Positions 42,741-52,392 of a stretch of 64,000 bases of DNA are shown one piece after another. The notes under the pieces were generated by a model. That model was not told the origin of the DNA and did not search any database. It was given only the letters and a program-made list of their open reading frames with translations. Both the position numbers and the translations under genes were made by a program. The stretch is from Pirellulales bacterium (lineage in GTDB: Bacteria; Planctomycetota; Planctomycetia; Pirellulales; PALSA-1355). The stretch covers positions 1,408,001-1,472,000 of the forward strand of contig CAVTBU010000005.1 of NCBI GenBank assembly GCA_963733035.1, written 5' to 3'. Each line of letters begins with the position of its first letter. Position 1 is the stretch's first letter.

Positions 42741-42905
42741 AAACCCATGACGCACCAAACTGAGCTAGCCGGCTAAGCCAGCAGAGGAGTTTTCTTTGGA
42801 GCCTTCGCGTCGCCTTTAGTTACTCCAAGTAGCCCCCTGCGGCTGTAAGTGAAGTTTGAGCAGAGATTGCCCGTAAGCGAGATCACGACAAAGCCCGGTT
42901 AGCAA

Positions 42906-43370
42906 TTGTCGGGCCTACGGTTGCGCGGACGGCGGGCGTCGGTGCGGAAAATGGGGAGGACGTTATCGGTGAAAAAAGGCGGCTTTCATGTTAAGTCGTT
43001 TCGGTTGAGGACCGAGGACGGGATTATTATACGACGGTTTTTTCGTGAACATCGCAAACTGAAGCTGGCTCAATTGCTTGTATTCCTGGCGACAATGGCA
43101 GCTTTTGTGGCGACCGCGAATTTTATGGCTGCGGTAACGCCCGACCAAGCTCTTGCGGAGTACAAGCAGCCACTACCGGCCGGCTGGACCGCGGGCGTAT
43201 GGAATCACGACCATTATTTCAGGTGGTGGACCATATCCGAACGTCCGATTCTGTTCGGGTTGTCTGTACTCACCCTCGTCATAGGAGTTCTGTTCCTCTG
43301 GAGTTCTCTCGTATTGCTTTGGTGGAAAGCAAGAGCAAGCCAACCACCTCCGATCGGGGGTGAATTGTAG
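42906..43370 (+). CDS. Hypothetical 2-TM protein; stop codon overlaps the intron end
   Basis: Two hydrophobic helices; start uncertain. Confidence 0.55.
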   Translation: MSGLRLRGRRASVRKMGRTLSVKKGGFHVKSFRLRTEDGIIIRRFFREHRKLKLAQLLVFLATMAAFVATANFMAAVTPDQALAEYKQPLPAGWTAGVWNHDHYFRWWTISERPILFGLSVLTLVIGVLFLWSSLVLLWWKARASQPPPIGGEL

Positions 43371-43680
43371 AGTCGAGAAGTGGCGCGGTGGTTTAGGTTG
43401 GGCCTATCTGTTTCCGGCTCTTTCGTTTGCCGCTGCCTCACTTGCCTGACCGTGCTCCGTTTCCACTTCCCGCTCATCGAACCGGACGGGCGGACTTCCC
43501 GCATCCGGCTCTCGGACATGGTGGTCATGCGTTCGCCCACGCGGGACTTTGCCGGAATGCACGCAGTTGGACAGCCCCAATTGCTGGTACAGCTGCGGGT
43601 CGGGAAAGCGCAGGTACCTTCCACGCTGCACCTTGTGTTTCCGCCAAAGCCACTGGCGGAGCCGGCGCGTGATCGCGTTG
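43367..43680 (-). mobile_element. 5'-truncated group II intron (maturase tail plus domains V and VI)
   Basis: DV GAGCCGGATGCGGGAAGTCCGCCCGTCCGGTTC at 43511-43479; 3' end CTCGACTCTAC; upstream RRLRQWLWRKHKV..RFPD..LYQQLGL maturase tail. Confidence 0.92.
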
Positions 43681-43922
43681 ATTCATATAAAACGAAAAGG
43701 TGGTCCAAACACCAACAGTACGGAAAAAGGGACGTCACCTTTGTCTCTTTGACAACTTTGTCCTCTTCGTTTCATCGAACTCCGACCTAGAAACCAGGCC
43801 ACCCTTTCTGGTAGTTTCCCAATGAATCAGCGAGTCGATCGCTGAACACGGTCACCGGGGGTATCCGAAGAGCTCGGCAACACGTGCCTCGCGCCCGTAG
43901 GCACCGGACAACGAGTATCCAG

Positions 43923-43979
43923 AGAGCCCGTATTCGGTGCGCGTCTTGAATGCGCGCACCGATTACGGGCTCTTTTTTT
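43923..43979 (+). terminator. Long intrinsic terminator in the toxin gene leader
   Basis: AGAGCCCGTA-T-TCGGTGCGCG / CGCGCACCGA-T-TACGGGCTCT stem followed by a T run. Confidence 0.8.
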
Positions 43980-44001
43980 GCACCCGTGAAGGGGGACATG
44001 C

Positions 44002-45475
44002 ATGGACAGGTACACAAACGCAACCGAGGTGACAAGTGATTTGCCGCCCAGCGAAGCTTGGCTTTTCGCACAAGCGATTCTCGGCAGGCCGATTTCACGA
44101 ATCGCCCGTCCTGAGGCCAAGACGAACGCCCAGTGCGAAGAACTGGGAAGGCTGGCGCGACTCTCGTGCCGGCATGCCGAGGAGTTGCGAAAGGTGCGAT
44201 CCACGGATGCCAGCGCACGTCACAATCGTGAGCTTCTGGAATGGTCAGCTCTGATCTCGACCGAGGCCCAAGGCAAACTCCGCGCGATCCAACAGATCGA
44301 GGCCCAGGAGGGCAGGGCGTGGCACGCGATCGAGCGATTCGCTGAAGCGGACTCCCCTCTTATCGAATGGAACGAGGCCGATCATCCTCGGGTGCCGAAG
44401 GGAACAGCCACCGGTGGTGAATGGGTTTCCAAGGGTGGCGGTGGGGGAGGATCACGGACGGGCAAGCCACCTTCTCTCCTCGACAAGATCAGGCAGCGCA
44501 ATCGGACGATCTCTAAATTGGGCGGCGTGGTAACGCCGAGCATGATCCGAGCGAATCGCCTCGCCAATGAATTGGAGTCGGCCGCGAAGCTTCCGGGTGA
44601 GGTCGCCCTTGCCGCAGCCGCTGGCCTTGGCACGGGCGGCAAGGCGGTGGTCAATGGCTTTGCAACGGCGGTCAAGGACGTGGCGACACTCGGATTGAGC
44701 CCTGGTCAACTTGAACTCATCGGCGTCACGAAGGAAGACCGAGAACGGGGCTACGACACGGCAGTGTCGATTTCCACGGCGAGTGGACAAATTCTCATCG
44801 CCGTCGGAACCGGCGGAATGGCGTCGGCGCTAAGCAAAGGCGGCTCGGTTGCGCGCTGCCAGTGGTGCCTTGATTGCGTACGACGCAGCAGGCAATGCCG
44901 TGGGCGTCGTCAAGGGCGTTCACGACGCGGCAACTAACGGCATAACCGTGGCCAACGGCGTGCAAGTGGCCGCTGGTGCGCTCGGACTGGGGGCAAACCT
45001 TAAGGCTGCCAAGTCTCTAGCCGCACCCACTTCACCAAATCCACCCAAGAGAAACATTCCGGCAACCAACGTCGATGATTTTGTCGGAAAGCTCCCGCGT
45101 TCATCCACACCCACAAAATCACCGGCGAATCGATATGAAATTAAGCACACCGGCCCTCACAATTACACCGTATCAGGCGGTGGAGCCAAGTTTGACATCG
45201 ACGGATATCGGGGATCGGCGATACTTGAGGCAAAGCATGTCGGCAATGCCGCGAGTAGCCCATATGTGCCCGGGTCGTCGTGTCCGGAATCCGTTCGCGC
45301 CGAAGTCCTAGAAGGCGTATCCGATCAGCTCAAAAGAGTCCGTGCGATCATCGAAAGTGGCTCAACACCTTTCCAGGAGATTGAAATCATTACAAACTCT
45401 CCCGAAGCAAAGAAGTTCTTTGAAGAGCTTCTAAAAAAGGCGGGTGTTCCTGGAAACGTACAACTTAAACCATAG
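44002..45475 (+). CDS. Polymorphic toxin of about 491 aa with C-terminal restriction-endonuclease-fold (Tox-REase-2-like) domain; frameshift at about 44853
   Basis: WNEADHPR..GGEW motif, Gly/Ala hydrophobic middle, C-terminal YEI..G..DIDG..ILEAK..SPY..IEIITN..G. Confidence 0.8.
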
Positions 45476-45489
45476 GAGCGTTGATTTTA

Positions 45490-45852
45490 ATGCATAATGT
45501 GTTACTGATGAATCCCGACGGCGACACATTTGATATCAAAGCAATTGCACGAATACTGGGGCCGGGGAATGGGTTTCGCGACGTGCGATTCGATGAGCCA
45601 GGAGGAGCTCTCATTGAGGCCGAATACATTGAGCCAGGAGGCCGGACAATTGTACGTCTCAGTGGAAGTTGTAAGAGCATTTCCTTCTCTGGAACGTCAG
45701 ATTGCGCCTTCCGCGCCGCGTTGATTCTGCAAAGGCAACTCGACATGCCACTCCGAATGGTCGATACAGACTATTCGTTTGATCTCATTCTTGACGGCGT
45801 TTCGAACGTTGAGGAGTTGCGGGCAGCGATTGAAAAAGGCCGAACGAGCTGA
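45490..45852 (+). CDS. Probable cognate immunity protein
   Basis: 120-aa ORF with AGGAG RBS overlapping the toxin stop, same strand; function inferred from position. Confidence 0.7.
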   Translation: MHNVLLMNPDGDTFDIKAIARILGPGNGFRDVRFDEPGGALIEAEYIEPGGRTIVRLSGSCKSISFSGTSDCAFRAALILQRQLDMPLRMVDTDYSFDLILDGVSNVEELRAAIEKGRTS

Positions 45853-45996
45853 ATCGACTCGCCACGAGCAGAAGGCAAGGGATCAACGGACGTGAACCTT
45901 ATTATTCCCAATTGCCTGGGCAGACGGTCCGACGGGCGGCCTGTCTCGCCCCCCGCGCGGCCGACCGAGCTGCCTCTGCAAACAATCGCAGCGTCC

Positions 45997-47183
45997 TCAA
46001 TCGCCCTGGCGGATCCAGGCTTCGTTGAAGGCGGCGTGTTTGATGCCCTTGAGGGTCGGAGGGGGTTGACCGTCGGCCGTGGTGCTTGCTTCGGGGGCGA
46101 TGAAGCAACTGTAGATGGCGTGGATCGTGCCGCCCTGGCCTTGGATAATCGCAGGGTAGTGGTAGCGGCCCTCGGCGTGCTTTTCCAGATGGCGGGTCGA
46201 GGTCCAGCTGCGGCCTTCGTCGGTGGAAATCGACACCGCCAACACGGCGCGGCTGTCTGTGTCGTCGTTATAAGCGAGCACCCAATGACCGTTGGCCAGG
46301 CGAACTCCGTCGATGCCGCTACCGGGATTCGGGAGCGAGCTGTCGCCGACCGGACTCCAGGTCAGGCCGTCGTCCTTCGATTCGGAAACGCGAATGCAAG
46401 CCCGGGGGCCGTTCTCGCGCATGTAGGCCACCAGCACGCCGTCGTTGCGTCGCAACACGGTCGGCTGAATGTTGCCGAAGCCGATCAACGGTTGGCTGGC
46501 ATACCAGGTGCGGCCCTCGTCGTCGCTGATCGCCATGATCGAAATGGCAAACGTGTCGGTATAGAGCGGCAGCAAGATCCGACCGCTGGGCAAAACGGTT
46601 GGCTTGCAGCGCGGCGCCCAACCGAGCCGCTGGTAGAGCGTGTCGTCGAGCTTGCGCACTGTTCGTCAGGACCGCCCTTGGCGCCGCGCGGCGGGCGCAG
46701 CTTGCGATCGCCCAGCAATTTGAGCGCCTCGTCGCGAAAGTTGGCGGGCTTAAGCAGGATGATCGACTCGCGATCCCATTTCGGCGCTCCGGGCTGGTCG
46801 TAGTCGGTCGAAGTCCGATAGTTCATCAAGCAGCTTTCCCACGAGTCTCCGATGACCGTGGGCCAGAACAGCCATAGCCGCCTCTTGCCGTCGATCATCA
46901 TGCAGGTGTTGCAATCGGGAAAGCCGGGTCGGTCGGCCATCATGAACGGTTTACTCCAGGCGCTTTCGCCTTTCCTCTTGCGGGCGCCCAGTATGCCGGC
47001 GTCGGACTCGGGCCCTTCGCTACCGCCGTACCATGAGGCGAGGAGATCGCCATTGGCGGTTTCGACGATGCCCGGCGCGTGCGTTTGAGGCTCAACGGGT
47101 TGAAAGATTTGTTCCGCCTCGTAGAACGGCACTTCGTCAGCCGCGGCAAAACTGACGAGCGCAAGGCAAAGCAGCAGGTTCAT
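45997..47183 (-). CDS. Exported BNR/Asp-box sialidase-like protein; frameshift at about 46658
   Basis: Signal peptide; Asp boxes SDDEGRTW, SKDDGLTW, STDEGRSW; YHYP. Confidence 0.85.
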
Positions 47184-47539
47184 GCGTCATTCCTTCCAGG
47201 GGCTCGGGACCTCGCCGCCATTGTACCTCGGCTGCCAGCCCGAAGTGAGAAGCTACCGATCGTGGGCGCTGTTTCTACCGATGGAGCCGATGACGGGGCT
47301 GGGCAGCGGCCGGTGTGGGCGGCACGCCTCGCGCGCATGTTGCCGCCGACAAAGATCGTGAAGCATCGGAAAGGGTTATCAGTAATTTCGAGCGATCGCC
47401 ATATTCGGTAATGTCCCGTTTTGCCGCCCCGATGGCAGTCGGCCATTCGCACGCTTGGATTGATATAATCGACCGCGTGATCACGGCCGCGAAGGCCGTC
47501 GTGGCGAAATGTCCTTGGGGGGCGAACGGGAACGTATTG

Positions 47540-48445
47540 ATGCCGACAAGAATCACGTTGCTGGTTTTGGCGATCGTGGTTGGCTGGTGTTCCGTTGGCG
47601 CTCGGTGCGCAGAGCCCGTTCGGCGAACGGAAGACGTGGTCTACGGGCGGAAGTTCGGGTTGGCGCTGACGATGGATGTTTTTCAGCCTGCCAATCCGAA
47701 TGGTTGCGGGTTGCTGTTCCTGGTCAATGGCGGCTGGCTTTCGAGCAAGTCGACGCCCCTGATGGTGACGGTCCGCCCGGAGGACTATCGTGTCTTTCTG
47801 GATCGCGGATATACGGTGTTCGCGATTGTCACCAGCTCGCAACCGAAGTTTACTGTTTCCGACGAGATTAAAGACGTGCTTCGCGCCGTTCGCTTTGTGC
47901 GGAGGAATGCAGCGCAATACGGCGTGCGTCCCGATCGGTTGGGGGTGATGGGGGCCAGTTCGGGCGGCCACCTCACGCTGTCGATTGCGACGCGCGGCGG
48001 GCCGGGCAAGAGTGACGCTGCCGATCCGGTCGAGCGGGAAAGCAGCGCCGTGCAAGCCGTGGCATGTTTCTTTCCTCCGACTGACTTTCTGAATTTCGGA
48101 GGTCCCGGCGTGAACGGCGTGGGAGCCGGGCCGTTGGCCGCGCTGCAAGTCGCCTTTGGTCCGCTGGCACTCACGGCGCAGGGACGCGAACAGCTCGGTC
48201 GCGAGATCTCGCCGATCAACTATGTGACCGACAAGCTACCCCCGACGTTGATCATCCACGGCGATCGTGATGAGGTTGTGCCGCTCCAGCAGTCGGAGAG
48301 CTTTGTCGCCAAGGCCCGTAGCGCAGGTGCCGCGGACATCGAGCTGATCGTGCGGTCGGGCAAAGGACACGGCTGGGGCGACTTCTGGAAGTCTGATGAC
48401 GACATCACGGCGTTTGCCGATTGGTTCGATCGTCACTTGCGATGA
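47540..48445 (+). CDS. Exported alpha/beta hydrolase (esterase/lipase)
   Basis: NGGW, GASSGGHL, HGDRD and GHG motifs. Confidence 0.9.
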   Translation: MPTRITLLVLAIVVGWCSVGARCAEPVRRTEDVVYGRKFGLALTMDVFQPANPNGCGLLFLVNGGWLSSKSTPLMVTVRPEDYRVFLDRGYTVFAIVTSSQPKFTVSDEIKDVLRAVRFVRRNAAQYGVRPDRLGVMGASSGGHLTLSIATRGGPGKSDAADPVERESSAVQAVACFFPPTDFLNFGGPGVNGVGAGPLAALQVAFGPLALTAQGREQLGREISPINYVTDKLPPTLIIHGDRDEVVPLQQSESFVAKARSAGAADIELIVRSGKGHGWGDFWKSDDDITAFADWFDRHLR

Positions 48446-48497
48446 CGCGAGCGGTTCGCGCGCCCGGCCAGTGTGCGTGTTTCGTGACGATTTCCTA

Positions 48498-48680
48498 CTA
48501 TCTGGCCGAAAGGTTTTGGAGGGCGTGCTCGAAGGCGTAGTTACGACCTTTCGTGCGTGTGAGGGCCTGTTGCAATTTGGCCAGGTACGGTCGCGTTTTC
48601 TCACCTAGCATTTCCAGAGCGTATGCCGCACGGCAGGCGGCCCACTCGTTGGGATTGTCGAGTTCGTGTCGCTCGCGCAT
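48498..48680 (-). pseudogene. Possible C-terminal HEAT-like gene fragment
   Basis: LDNPNEWAACRAAYALEMLGEK resembles a single HEAT repeat; no upstream body. Confidence 0.3.
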
Positions 48681-48772
48681 TCAGGCCGGCAGCCAATGCC
48701 AAGAGGTGTCGCCAGCCAGCGTGGGCTTGCGACACGTCTTGGTTGCATGGGTGCAAACTTGCTTGTCGGCGC

Positions 48773-50233
48773 TCACACCTGCTGCGGCACGACGAACGGC
48801 TTGCGGTACGCTCGGGTGAGCAGAGGGTTGGCCTCGTCGGCGCCGGCGCCGGTGAACTTCTCGGTTTCGGCATCGAACGCGAGCGTGCGGCCCAGCTGGT
48901 ACTTGGTTTCCGCCAGGTCGAGGCCAATGGCCTTGAGATTGTCGCGCAGGTTGCCAAAGCACTCGACGACCTGCTTGTTGTCGCCCAGCGCCGCGCCGGC
49001 TTTGTCGTAGGGCACTTGCTCGCCCAGCCGATAGGAGATATTGGCCAAGTGGCACAGCGCGGCCGAGTAGTGGGCTACTTCCGCGTTGGCGTTGTTGTCC
49101 TCGGGCTTGCGACTGCGGACGGCCTGAATGAAGCTGCCGAACGGACCGCCGGGCGTGACGCTGACTTCCGGCCCCACGAGGTCTTCGCCGTCGCTGCTAC
49201 CATGCTTGTAGAACTTGCCTTCGCGAATCAGGCCTTCGGTGGTGTAGTACTCGTTGGAGACATTGCGGGGCACGTTGCCCCGGTCCTTGTTCTCCACCAG
49301 TCCGCGCACTTCGAAGACCAGCAGCGCGTCGCCGTAATCGAACACGGCCATCTGCGTGTTGGGAGTCTGCCCTTGATCTTCGTAGCCGAAGCGGCCGCCG
49401 AGGCTCCAGACGCTTTTGGGGAGCGTGGAATCCTTGATCGCCCAGCGGGCGACGTCCATCTCGTGCACGCCCTGGTTGCCGATATCGCCGTTACCGGTGT
49501 CCCAGAACCAGTGCCAGTTGTACGGAACCAGGTTCCCGTGATAGGCCTGCTCGGGCGCGGGGCCGAGCCAGATGTTGAAATCAAGCCCGGCCGGCGGCGC
49601 TTCGGTGGGCTTGGTGCCGATGCTCCACCGCGGCTTGCAGCAATAGCCTTTCGAGACAAGCAGCTTGCCGTACTTGCCGCTTTGCAAGGCCGCGATCTCG
49701 CGCGCCCGCCCGTCGCTTGAGCGTTGCTGGGTGCCGTGCTGCACGACGCGGCCGTACTTCTTGGCGGCTTCGACGCACTGGCGTCCTTCGAAGATGTTGT
49801 GGCTGATCGGTTTTTCGACGTACACGTCCTTGCCGGCCTGGCAGGCCCAGACGGTGATCAGCGAATGCCAGTGATTGCAGGTGGCGACCGAGACGACGTC
49901 GATATTCTTGTCGTCGAGCGCGTGGCGAATGTCCTTGACGGTTTGCGGGTCGTTGCCGCCGCCTTCGGCGACGCTCGAGCTGCGCGAGCCAAACAGACGC
50001 GTGTCTGGGTCGATCAGATAGGTGACCTGCACATTTTGGTCTTTGAGCTGCTTGGCAAACGCGTCGATGTGCGATTGCCCGCGGCCACGGATGCCGGCCA
50101 CGCCCACGCGGATGGCATCGTTCGCGCCCAGCACGCGGCCCGAGGCCTTGGTGCCGGCAACGGTGAACAGGCCAAAGGCGGTGCTGGCAGCGGCGGAACG
50201 TTGGATGAATTTGCGGCGGGTGATACGGGCCAT
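48773..50233 (-). CDS. Gfo/Idh/MocA oxidoreductase with Tat signal
   Basis: TRRKFI, GIRGRG, AGKDVYVEKP, GTQQRS, NQGVHEMD. Confidence 0.93.
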   Translation of the reverse strand: MARITRRKFIQRSAAASTAFGLFTVAGTKASGRVLGANDAIRVGVAGIRGRGQSHIDAFAKQLKDQNVQVTYLIDPDTRLFGSRSSSVAEGGGNDPQTVKDIRHALDDKNIDVVSVATCNHWHSLITVWACQAGKDVYVEKPISHNIFEGRQCVEAAKKYGRVVQHGTQQRSSDGRAREIAALQSGKYGKLLVSKGYCCKPRWSIGTKPTEAPPAGLDFNIWLGPAPEQAYHGNLVPYNWHWFWDTGNGDIGNQGVHEMDVARWAIKDSTLPKSVWSLGGRFGYEDQGQTPNTQMAVFDYGDALLVFEVRGLVENKDRGNVPRNVSNEYYTTEGLIREGKFYKHGSSDGEDLVGPEVSVTPGGPFGSFIQAVRSRKPEDNNANAEVAHYSAALCHLANISYRLGEQVPYDKAGAALGDNKQVVECFGNLRDNLKAIGLDLAETKYQLGRTLAFDAETEKFTGAGADEANPLLTRAYRKPFVVPQQV

Positions 50234-50577
50234 GGTGGGGCTCCCTTGGGTGGCGGAGGGCAAAGATCCAAGCTGGCGAGCGTGCGTGGCGGCCATCGAC
50301 CAGCACCGCCCAGCGGGCACTCTGGCGGCAAGCCGATTGTAACGCAACTCCAACCCTCAAACCACCTTTTCGCATGGCAATTCGTCTTGCCTAGTGCGCC
50401 GAGTCGAGGGTAGTAAATCAGCCTGGTTGGCGCCTGGTACGTAGAATGCCGAAGGAAACCATGACACTCTTGGACTCGACCGCGGGTACTACTGACGACT
50501 AAGGAATATCTCGCGGGCCGTGCATGCAGCGGCCGTCACTGCGCAAATGGCCCACACTGGTACATAAGGAACTGTCG

Positions 50578-52377
50578 ATGACATCACGCAGAGGCCGGCC
50601 GGCAATCGGTTGGGGAAGCACCGTCGTTGCGGCATTGCTCTGGCTTGGCGTGCTGGCCAATAGTTCACTGGCGGCCGATTCGCTCGTTGGAAACAAAGCG
50701 CCTGAGTTCCGCCTGGCGGATTCGGCCGGCAACCAAATCAGCCTCGCCGATTTGAAAGACAAGCGGCTGGTCGTCGTGTTGTTCCTGGGTACCGAGTGTC
50801 CACTGGCCCGGCTTTATGCGCCGCGACTCAGTGAATTGGCCGACAAGTATGGCGAGAAGCACGTCGCGCTGATCGGCATCGATTCGAATCTGCAAGACAC
50901 GCCCGAGGAGATTGCGGACTACGTCAGCGAGCATTCGATCACGTTCCCGGTGCTCCAGGACCCCAAGAACATTGTGGCCGATGCGTTTGGAGCCGTACGA
51001 ACGCCTGAGGTGTTCGTGCTCGACGAGACGCGAACGGTCCGCTACCACGGTCGCATCGACGGCCAGTATGTGCCTGGTTTGCAAAAGTCGACGAACCCCC
51101 GGCGCGATTTGGCCCTGGCTCTCGATGAGCTGTTGGCGGGCAACGACGTGTCCGTGCCCGAGACCGAGGCGGTGGGCTGCTTCATTGGCCGAATGCCAAA
51201 GTCGACTGGCGGAGAAGTGACATACTCGCGCGAGATCGCCCGGATTTTTCAGAACCGCTGCGTGGAGTGTCACCGCGAGGGAGAAATCGGCCCATTCGCG
51301 CTCACCAGCTACGACGAAGCGATCGGCTGGGCCGAGACGGTTCGCGAGGTGGTCGATCAGGGGCGCATGCCACCCTGGTTTGCCGACCCGAAGATCGGTC
51401 ACTTTGTCAACGACGCCCGCTTGAGCGATGAGGAAAAGCGGCAGATTGGCGCTTGGGTCGATGCCGGCTGCCCGCAGGGTGATCCGCAGGATCTACCCGA
51501 ACCTCGGCAGTTCGTCGACGGCTGGAACATTCCCGAGCCGGACCTCGTGCTGCCGATGGCTAAGCAGCCGTTCCAGGTGCCGGCCGAGGGAGTGGTGGAT
51601 TACCAACACCTGGTAGTCGACCCGGGATTTACGGAAGACAAGTGGATGGTGGCCTGCGAAGCCCGACCGGGGAACCGCCAGGTCGTGCATCACATTCTGG
51701 TGTTTCTGCAATCGCCGGGGGGAGCGGTGGACTTGCTGCGTGGTTCGCTGTTGGCCGCGTACGCGCCGGGTTCTCCGCCGCGGCAGACCGAGCCAGGCAT
51801 GGCCAAACACATTCCGGCCGGCTCGAAGATCATCTTCCAGATGCACTACACGCCCAACGGCAAACCGCAGGAAGACATGAGCACGCTGGGGCTCAAGTTC
51901 TGCGACGCCAGCGAAGTGAAACAGACAGTCGAAAGCAGCTGGGCGATCAATTTCGCCTTCGCAATTCCGCCCGGAGCCAAGGATTACAAGGTCACCTCGA
52001 AGCACTTCTTCAAGGAAGACAAGCTGCTACTGAGCATGACGCCGCACATGCACATGCGCGGCAAGTCGTTTCGCTACGAGGTGATTTATCCCGACGGCCG
52101 GCGCGAAGTGCTGCTCGACGTGCCCCGCTGGGACTTCAATTGGCAGATCGACTACATCCTGGCCAAGCCGAAGCTGATTCCCAAGGGCGCGCAGCTCTAT
52201 TGCGAGGCCCACTACGACAACTCGGCAGACAACCCCACCAACCCCGACCCAACCAAGACGATTCGCTTTGGCGAACAGACTTGGGACGAAATGATGATCG
52301 GCTGGTTCACCACGGCCACGCCGCCTGAGAACGCTCGGGTAACGCAAAAACCCGACGCCACGCCCGCGGTGAAGTAG
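50578..52377 (+). CDS. Redoxin plus c-type heme plus copper type II monooxygenase-like fusion protein
   Basis: FLGTECP..GC, CVECH, VVHH, QMHY, PHMHMRG and DEMM motifs. Confidence 0.82.
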   Translation: MTSRRGRPAIGWGSTVVAALLWLGVLANSSLAADSLVGNKAPEFRLADSAGNQISLADLKDKRLVVVLFLGTECPLARLYAPRLSELADKYGEKHVALIGIDSNLQDTPEEIADYVSEHSITFPVLQDPKNIVADAFGAVRTPEVFVLDETRTVRYHGRIDGQYVPGLQKSTNPRRDLALALDELLAGNDVSVPETEAVGCFIGRMPKSTGGEVTYSREIARIFQNRCVECHREGEIGPFALTSYDEAIGWAETVREVVDQGRMPPWFADPKIGHFVNDARLSDEEKRQIGAWVDAGCPQGDPQDLPEPRQFVDGWNIPEPDLVLPMAKQPFQVPAEGVVDYQHLVVDPGFTEDKWMVACEARPGNRQVVHHILVFLQSPGGAVDLLRGSLLAAYAPGSPPRQTEPGMAKHIPAGSKIIFQMHYTPNGKPQEDMSTLGLKFCDASEVKQTVESSWAINFAFAIPPGAKDYKVTSKHFFKEDKLLLSMTPHMHMRGKSFRYEVIYPDGRREVLLDVPRWDFNWQIDYILAKPKLIPKGAQLYCEAHYDNSADNPTNPDPTKTIRFGEQTWDEMMIGWFTTATPPENARVTQKPDATPAVK

Positions 52378-52392
52378 TCGGCCGCGCGAGTG

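Noticed and set aside
43367..43680. Retron or DGR system
   Set aside because: No RT core, msr/msd or TR/VR pair; the sequence is a group II intron 3' end
41904..43734. GGAAAAA(A)GGGACG direct repeats as element boundaries
   Set aside because: Short, low-complexity and each part of a local palindrome; insufficient evidence for a target-site duplication
41900..43790. Integron cassette array or attC sites
   Set aside because: No intI, no repeated attC cores, and ORFs in mixed orientation
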